The notes below the pieces were generated by a model. The model was not told the DNA's origin, ran no database searches, and saw nothing but the letters and a program-made list of their open reading frames with translations. This document shows, piece after piece, positions 59,822 to 64,000 of a stretch of DNA of 64,000 nucleotides (position 1 is its first letter; each line of letters opens with the position of its first letter). Location of the stretch: assembly GCA_021372535.1 (NCBI GenBank), contig JAJFUH010000107.1:5768-69767 (forward strand), written 5' to 3'. The position numbers and the translations under genes are program-made. This stretch comes from a bacterium. Its GTDB lineage: Bacteria > Latescibacterota > Latescibacteria > Latescibacterales > Latescibacteraceae.

Positions 59822-60898
59822 TTAACTGTATATCTTCACACCGACCTTTTCGGCAGTTCTTTCAATAAATGCCTTGGCCTCGGGATATTCCTCATCCTTT
59901 CCAAACTCCAGCATGAGTACCCGTGTCCTTTTCATCCGGCTCATCCTCACGAGGTATGTTTCATAATCCTGGACACCCTTGCCTGCGACTATCATATCGA
60001 GGTGAACAAGCATCCCCCGACCCATTACGGTGTCTTTGGCGTGACAGTTGGCAATATTCTCGCCAAGCATGTCAAAACACCGGTTGAGCATCTCGGTGGA
60101 ATGGAAATAGTTCGCGACCGTAAACATGTTCGCGCTGTCGAGCGCAACCTGACAGCGGGGGTCGCCAACATCTTCTATGAGCCGTAAGTGGGCTTCCGGG
60201 CCGTCGAGAGGCGTAGTGACCACAGCCTCCATACCAAGCACCGACTTATAACCGGCGGTGTCTTTCAGTATCTGTTTAACGCCTTCGACGCCGAGTTTCC
60301 ATGTCTCTGCTGTCCAGTTATCCGGATGCATACCCAGCCCGTTGTCTGGATCACGGCTCCCCAGCCCGGCGCAGACAGCGCCTCCACCGCACCGTTCGGC
60401 AGCCTCGACGTTTTCGGTAACATGTCTGATGACTTTTTTTCGTATGGTGCTGTCCGGATGGATCAAGTTATCGGCAGTCATGTGGTCGAAAAAATCGACA
60501 TCGTACTCTTTAAGAGCCGCTTTGAGCTCTGCGATCTCCGAATCTGAAGCGTCGAGCCATTTATTATGGCTGCCCAGATGGTTTGAGACACCGGCCGCGG
60601 TATATCCCTGATCCCGGATGCTCTTGACAGCTTCCGTTATGCTCTTGTCTGTCGGGTACCAGAGGCGTGTGGCTCTCGAGCTGCAGGCAAGACGGATGGG
60701 TGTCGGTCCGGGTTTCAGGTCCCGCACAAGGTTTCTATCCGGTCCGCGGGACCACAGGTTCCCTTCCCATGCTTTACTTCGTGAAAGCGCCGGTCCCTTT
60801 TTCGTATTTTGATTAAAAGCCGGTCCTGCTCCCGCAAATAATCCGGTCGACACCGCTCCAGCCGTCAGAGCCTTACGCCGCGTCATCCCGTGCGTCAT
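59822..60898 (-). CDS. TAT-secreted sugar-phosphate isomerase/epimerase (xylose-isomerase-like TIM barrel)
   Basis: It has the twin-arginine signal MTRRKALTAGAV and the metal-binding His/Asp/Glu pattern of the AP-endonuclease-2/xylose-isomerase-like family. Confidence 0.6.
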   Translation of the reverse strand: MTHGMTRRKALTAGAVSTGLFAGAGPAFNQNTKKGPALSRSKAWEGNLWSRGPDRNLVRDLKPGPTPIRLACSSRATRLWYPTDKSITEAVKSIRDQGYTAAGVSNHLGSHNKWLDASDSEIAELKAALKEYDVDFFDHMTADNLIHPDSTIRKKVIRHVTENVEAAERCGGGAVCAGLGSRDPDNGLGMHPDNWTAETWKLGVEGVKQILKDTAGYKSVLGMEAVVTTPLDGPEAHLRLIEDVGDPRCQVALDSANMFTVANYFHSTEMLNRCFDMLGENIANCHAKDTVMGRGMLVHLDMIVAGKGVQDYETYLVRMSRMKRTRVLMLEFGKDEEYPEAKAFIERTAEKVGVKIYS

Positions 60899-60908
60899 GT
60901 GATTACTC

Positions 60909-61808
60909 CTACTTTTTCTTCTGTTCTTCCCAGAGTTGATGGTAGCTGACCAGCTTTATTCCCTTTTTGAGAATGATGGATTTCACCTCGATACTGCAAA
61001 GAGCATCCAGTTCTGCCGCCCTGTGCTTGCCGACGCCTCCTCCGGGGAATATATCCGGGGGATCTGCATGGATGAGCGCATCATCTTCCGGGGAATCTAT
61101 CGCTATGTGATCGACAATTATATATAAACCCGGTTCTTTGATTGCGTCAAGCTGCTTAACCAGTGTTTGTGTCTTCTCGTTTTCCGGTGTCAAATATATT
61201 CCAGGGATACGCTTTTCTCCAAATCCCATTGAAACAGGAAGATTATATTCACTTGCCAATTTTTCCTTAATTTTCTGGTCAACTCCGCTGTAATGGCTGT
61301 CGAGATACTGTACATTTATTCCTCTTTTGAGTGCCAGCTCGATCTGAGCGCGCAGTTCTGCTTCCATTTCATCAAGTTTAGGATTGTTTGCCGCAAGCGC
61401 TCCAGGGGTCTGGAAAAGAAATCCGTCCTCATCCACCAGGGAAGAAACCTTATCCCACGGAAGCACAGGTCTCCACCGGTATCCCATCCATTCTCCCATG
61501 AGGCAGAGGTGAACCCCTACACACCACCCGGGATTCTTTTTGGCGAGTTCTGCAGCAGCCTCAAACCATGGTGCAGGCACTTGTATTGCACCGCTTGTCA
61601 ATATACCATGGTTAAAAGCCCTCTCAAATGCCACCAGTGAGCCCTGGGTCATGCCCATATCATCTCCTCGAACAATGAGCCGTATTTCCCCTGCAGGTTT
61701 AGTCTGAGTGGCTTTTGCCTGAGAAAATGCATAACCCGGCATCATAATCACCATCATGCACAAAAAAACAAAAACAGCGAGCGCTTTGTCAGTAACTTTT
61801 TTCATCAT
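60909..61808 (-). CDS. YdjC/ChbG-family carbohydrate deacetylase (secreted)
   Basis: It has the motif LIVRGDDMGMTQG (hADDfG) and downstream His blocks. The start is taken at the MMKK Met doublet (61808), which gives a signal peptide. The ORF track extends it to 61907. Confidence 0.6.
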   Translation of the reverse strand: MMKKVTDKALAVFVFLCMMVIMMPGYAFSQAKATQTKPAGEIRLIVRGDDMGMTQGSLVAFERAFNHGILTSGAIQVPAPWFEAAAELAKKNPGWCVGVHLCLMGEWMGYRWRPVLPWDKVSSLVDEDGFLFQTPGALAANNPKLDEMEAELRAQIELALKRGINVQYLDSHYSGVDQKIKEKLASEYNLPVSMGFGEKRIPGIYLTPENEKTQTLVKQLDAIKEPGLYIIVDHIAIDSPEDDALIHADPPDIFPGGGVGKHRAAELDALCSIEVKSIILKKGIKLVSYHQLWEEQKKK

Positions 61809-62709
61809 ACACCCCTTTTTTAAATGGATATTTCGATAAACAGTAGTGCCCGCAAACTGGGTAGAAATTCTTTGCATATAATAACTTCTTTCTATTATAG
61901 ATGTCAATACTTTTATAGTTTAATGTTTTTAATTCAAGCAAATGACGATGTATTCTCCTGATGTAACAATATCTGGATACAGATGACTATAGAGCGTCGG
62001 GCCGAAAATGGCGAGAATATACCGGTCAGGACCTCCTGCACAAAAGTGGCTTTCGACTGGAACAACGATGCTTATTGTGTGAGACTATCTGACGATTCAA
62101 CGGTACTGCTGCATTCACGGGATCGTGGCGCGACTTTTACTGCATGGACGATACTGGGCACAGGCAGTTTCGACATTGAATAGTTTACCGACCACAAGCA
62201 AACGGACGGGCTGCCGTTATGAGCGCGATTCGTGAGTTACAACTGATTTCATTACTCTGTTACAGGTACAGCCCGGTTTCATCGTTTCACGTTTGATCAC
62301 ATTGTCTACAGTTAAACTTCCCGTATCTTTCCTGGTCAGGTGCACAAATATAGAATACAGATTAAGCAGCCAGAAAGCCAACAAATTCTTCAGAAAAATT
62401 ACTCGTATTTGGTTTAATGTATGCAAGACACTGACTCACAATTTCTGCATCTGAAGTCTTAGCAAAATCATAGATTAATTCCAGATTCCTTCTTGAGCCT
62501 GGCAAATTTGAATTATCAGGTAAGAAATCTGTTGCATACAGGATTTTCTCTTCTTGCTTCTTATGCGCGAAGCATCTTTTTAACATTTATGATAATAGAT
62601 TCAGCATGTATTCTTTTTTACGCCGAAGGTTTCCGTATGATGGCCTGTGTCACGGGCGGTATGGTACTTGTTTTCCCGTGAAGACATAGGATATGTAGGT
62701 TCTTTATTA

Positions 62710-63000
62710 TCAGTCATTTTCGATAAAGAAAGCTCTCGATTTGGTGCTGTTTTCTCTGAAATGTTTAATTTTTTCATATTCTTCCGAAAAAAAACATTTT
62801 TTGGCTTCTTCCATTGATTCAAATGCTATGATTATAGACCTTTCTGGCTTGTTGCCAATAAATGGTACTATCTTATTGCTTCGTGCAATATACTCACCAT
62901 TATGTGCGTGAATTATTCTTACAACCTGTTTGATATAATTATCATACATTTCATGATCAAAGATTTCTTCAATAATTACGACAAATACTGTCTTCTTCAT
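62710..63000 (-). CDS. DUF1330-family small protein
   Basis: The 96-aa protein has the N-terminus MKKTVFVV and a length typical of DUF1330. Confidence 0.5.
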   Translation of the reverse strand: MKKTVFVVIIEEIFDHEMYDNYIKQVVRIIHAHNGEYIARSNKIVPFIGNKPERSIIIAFESMEEAKKCFFSEEYEKIKHFRENSTKSRAFFIEND

Positions 63001-63189
63001 TTTTTATGCTCCTTAAAAAAGTGTTGTGATAAACACCATTTACATGTCCTTGACAGCAACAATACAACAAATTTCGTCATGGCGCGTGAAAAAGACACTT
63101 TTTCACCGCCCTCCTAAAATGCTTTATCAATAATAAAGGGAACCTGTAATAATTATTTTTGTGGTGAACGAATTATAAAAGTTGTATTT

Positions 63190-63340
63190 ATTTCTCAAAC
63201 CCCCATTCCTGCCCTTCGGGCATTCTTCCCCCGACCGGGGGCTGGATACCACTGTGGCGCACGACTTCCCTTGCCCCTGAGGGACACGAAACGAAGCGTA
63301 GAGCCGCGAAGCGCAAGGGAATGAGGGAAAGGGGGCTGTA
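63190..63340 (+). other. GC-rich, palindrome-dense noncoding element upstream of the TonB-dependent receptor gene. It is a candidate structured RNA or regulatory element.
   Basis: An approximately 150-nt GC-rich island lies in otherwise AT-rich intergenic DNA. It has paired segments cttcccttgc/gcaagggaa and gcccttcgggc hairpins. There is no ORF. Confidence 0.3.
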
Positions 63341-63835
63341 GTATAAACCAGAATGCCTTGTCAAATACCTTTCTTGATAAATAGAGAAGCCCTTAGTTCT
63401 TTAATAAATAAATATTCTTTTTAAAACAACTGTTTTTGACGCACGCTATTTCAATCCCTGAAAACACTGAATTTTTCAGAGATTCTTTGTTGCCGTTTGG
63501 GAAAGGTTTTTGATGTAGCGGTTTTTCTGCGATATGGTGATAGAATAAAACACGCTCGCTCCAACTTCTGACAAATCGTTACACCGGGCCGATAGTTGTG
63601 TTTACGGTCGCTATACGTACCTGCATGTATTAAAATAATCCGGAACCACATTTAAACCGCCGGACGAGATGCAGGTCTTTTTTTAAATCCCGGTATATTT
63701 ATAAAGAAAAAATCGTTTTTTTATTGACAAGTGAGAATTGGAATAATATTTTCTTTGTTTGTAGCATGATAATTATATTAGTAGCACACAATCATCACAC
63801 TATTATTATTCGTAACACCGAAGGGAGCGGGAAGA

Positions 63836-64000
63836 TGTCGTCCACTGTTTTGCTGGTTTTGGGTACGTTATTGCACACTTCCATCTGTTCTGCACAGACG
63901 GATTCCACAAAGACCTATATTCTTGATGAAATTGTTGTCACTGCAACGAAAACGGAAGCGAAAGCCTCCGACCAGCCGTTCGATGTTGGTGTAGTGACCG
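63836..64000 (+). CDS. TonB-dependent receptor, 5' end. It runs off the window end.
   Basis: The sequence MSSTVLLVLGTLLHTSICSAQTDSTKTYILDEIVVTATKTEAKASDQPFDVGVVT gives a signal peptide followed by a TonB-box/plug-type DEIVVTATK motif. Confidence 0.7.

Noticed and set aside
62217-62822. Several short minus-strand ORFs (62217..62426, 62362..62586, 62601..62822) that might be a fragmented gene
   Set aside because: They show no recognisable motifs and sit in inconsistent frames. The pattern fits a decayed pseudogene or noise, and I cannot support a call.
1-64000. A CRISPR array or cas genes
   Set aside because: I saw no regularly spaced short direct repeats. The only notable repeats are the tRNA-derived and island-end repeats and the intragenic PAS-linker repeats.

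Overview
This 64 kb window appears to come from a T9SS-bearing (FCB-group-like) bacterium, and its composition is strongly mosaic. About 6.5–27 kb and 58.5–59.8 kb are AT-rich, whereas 27–39.6 kb is GC-rich with roughly 58% GC.

Core genes include ilvE, a PHP-domain phosphoesterase, a Reg_prop beta-propeller lipoprotein, tRNA-Gln(CUG) and tRNA-Ala(GGC). There is a GC-rich carbohydrate-catabolism block at 27–39.6 kb: an SH3/NlpC-like protein, a GNAT acetyltransferase, a sialate O-acetylesterase, an MFS transporter, an alpha/beta-hydrolase esterase, an RraA-like protein, a cupin, and two tandem TAT-signal Gfo/Idh/MocA (GH109-like) oxidoreductases. Further genes are a PAS/GAF sensor, an FG-GAP repeat protein, a porin, an MCP, a 2273-aa multi-PAS hybrid histidine kinase with an adjacent NtrC-type sigma54 activator, a sugar-phosphate isomerase, a YdjC/ChbG deacetylase, a DUF1330 protein and the 5' end of a TonB-dependent receptor.

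The strongest structural signal is that both tRNAs are each followed, about 12–13.5 kb downstream, by a direct repeat of their own 3' half. Each repeat starts at the same anticodon-stem position, and each is preceded by a shared AT-rich terminal sequence of roughly 135–150 bp that I estimate at about 75–80% identity. This is the signature of two related tRNA-integrated islands, yet neither encodes a recognisable integrase.

Island 1 (tRNA-Gln) carries a BlaI/BlaR1-like pair plus a six-gene operon of T9SS cargo proteins with CxxC thioredoxin-like domains, a TlpA-like oxidoreductase and an outer-membrane barrel. Island 2 (tRNA-Ala) carries the porin–MCP–giant kinase–sigma54 signalling module.

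A second BlaI/BlaR1-like pair sits at 22.8–24.6 kb. It lies next to a secreted C39-like peptidase and a Cys-rich small secreted peptide that has an internal LSxxELxxIxGG-like double-glycine motif. No CRISPR array, IS transposase or phage structural gene was recognised.
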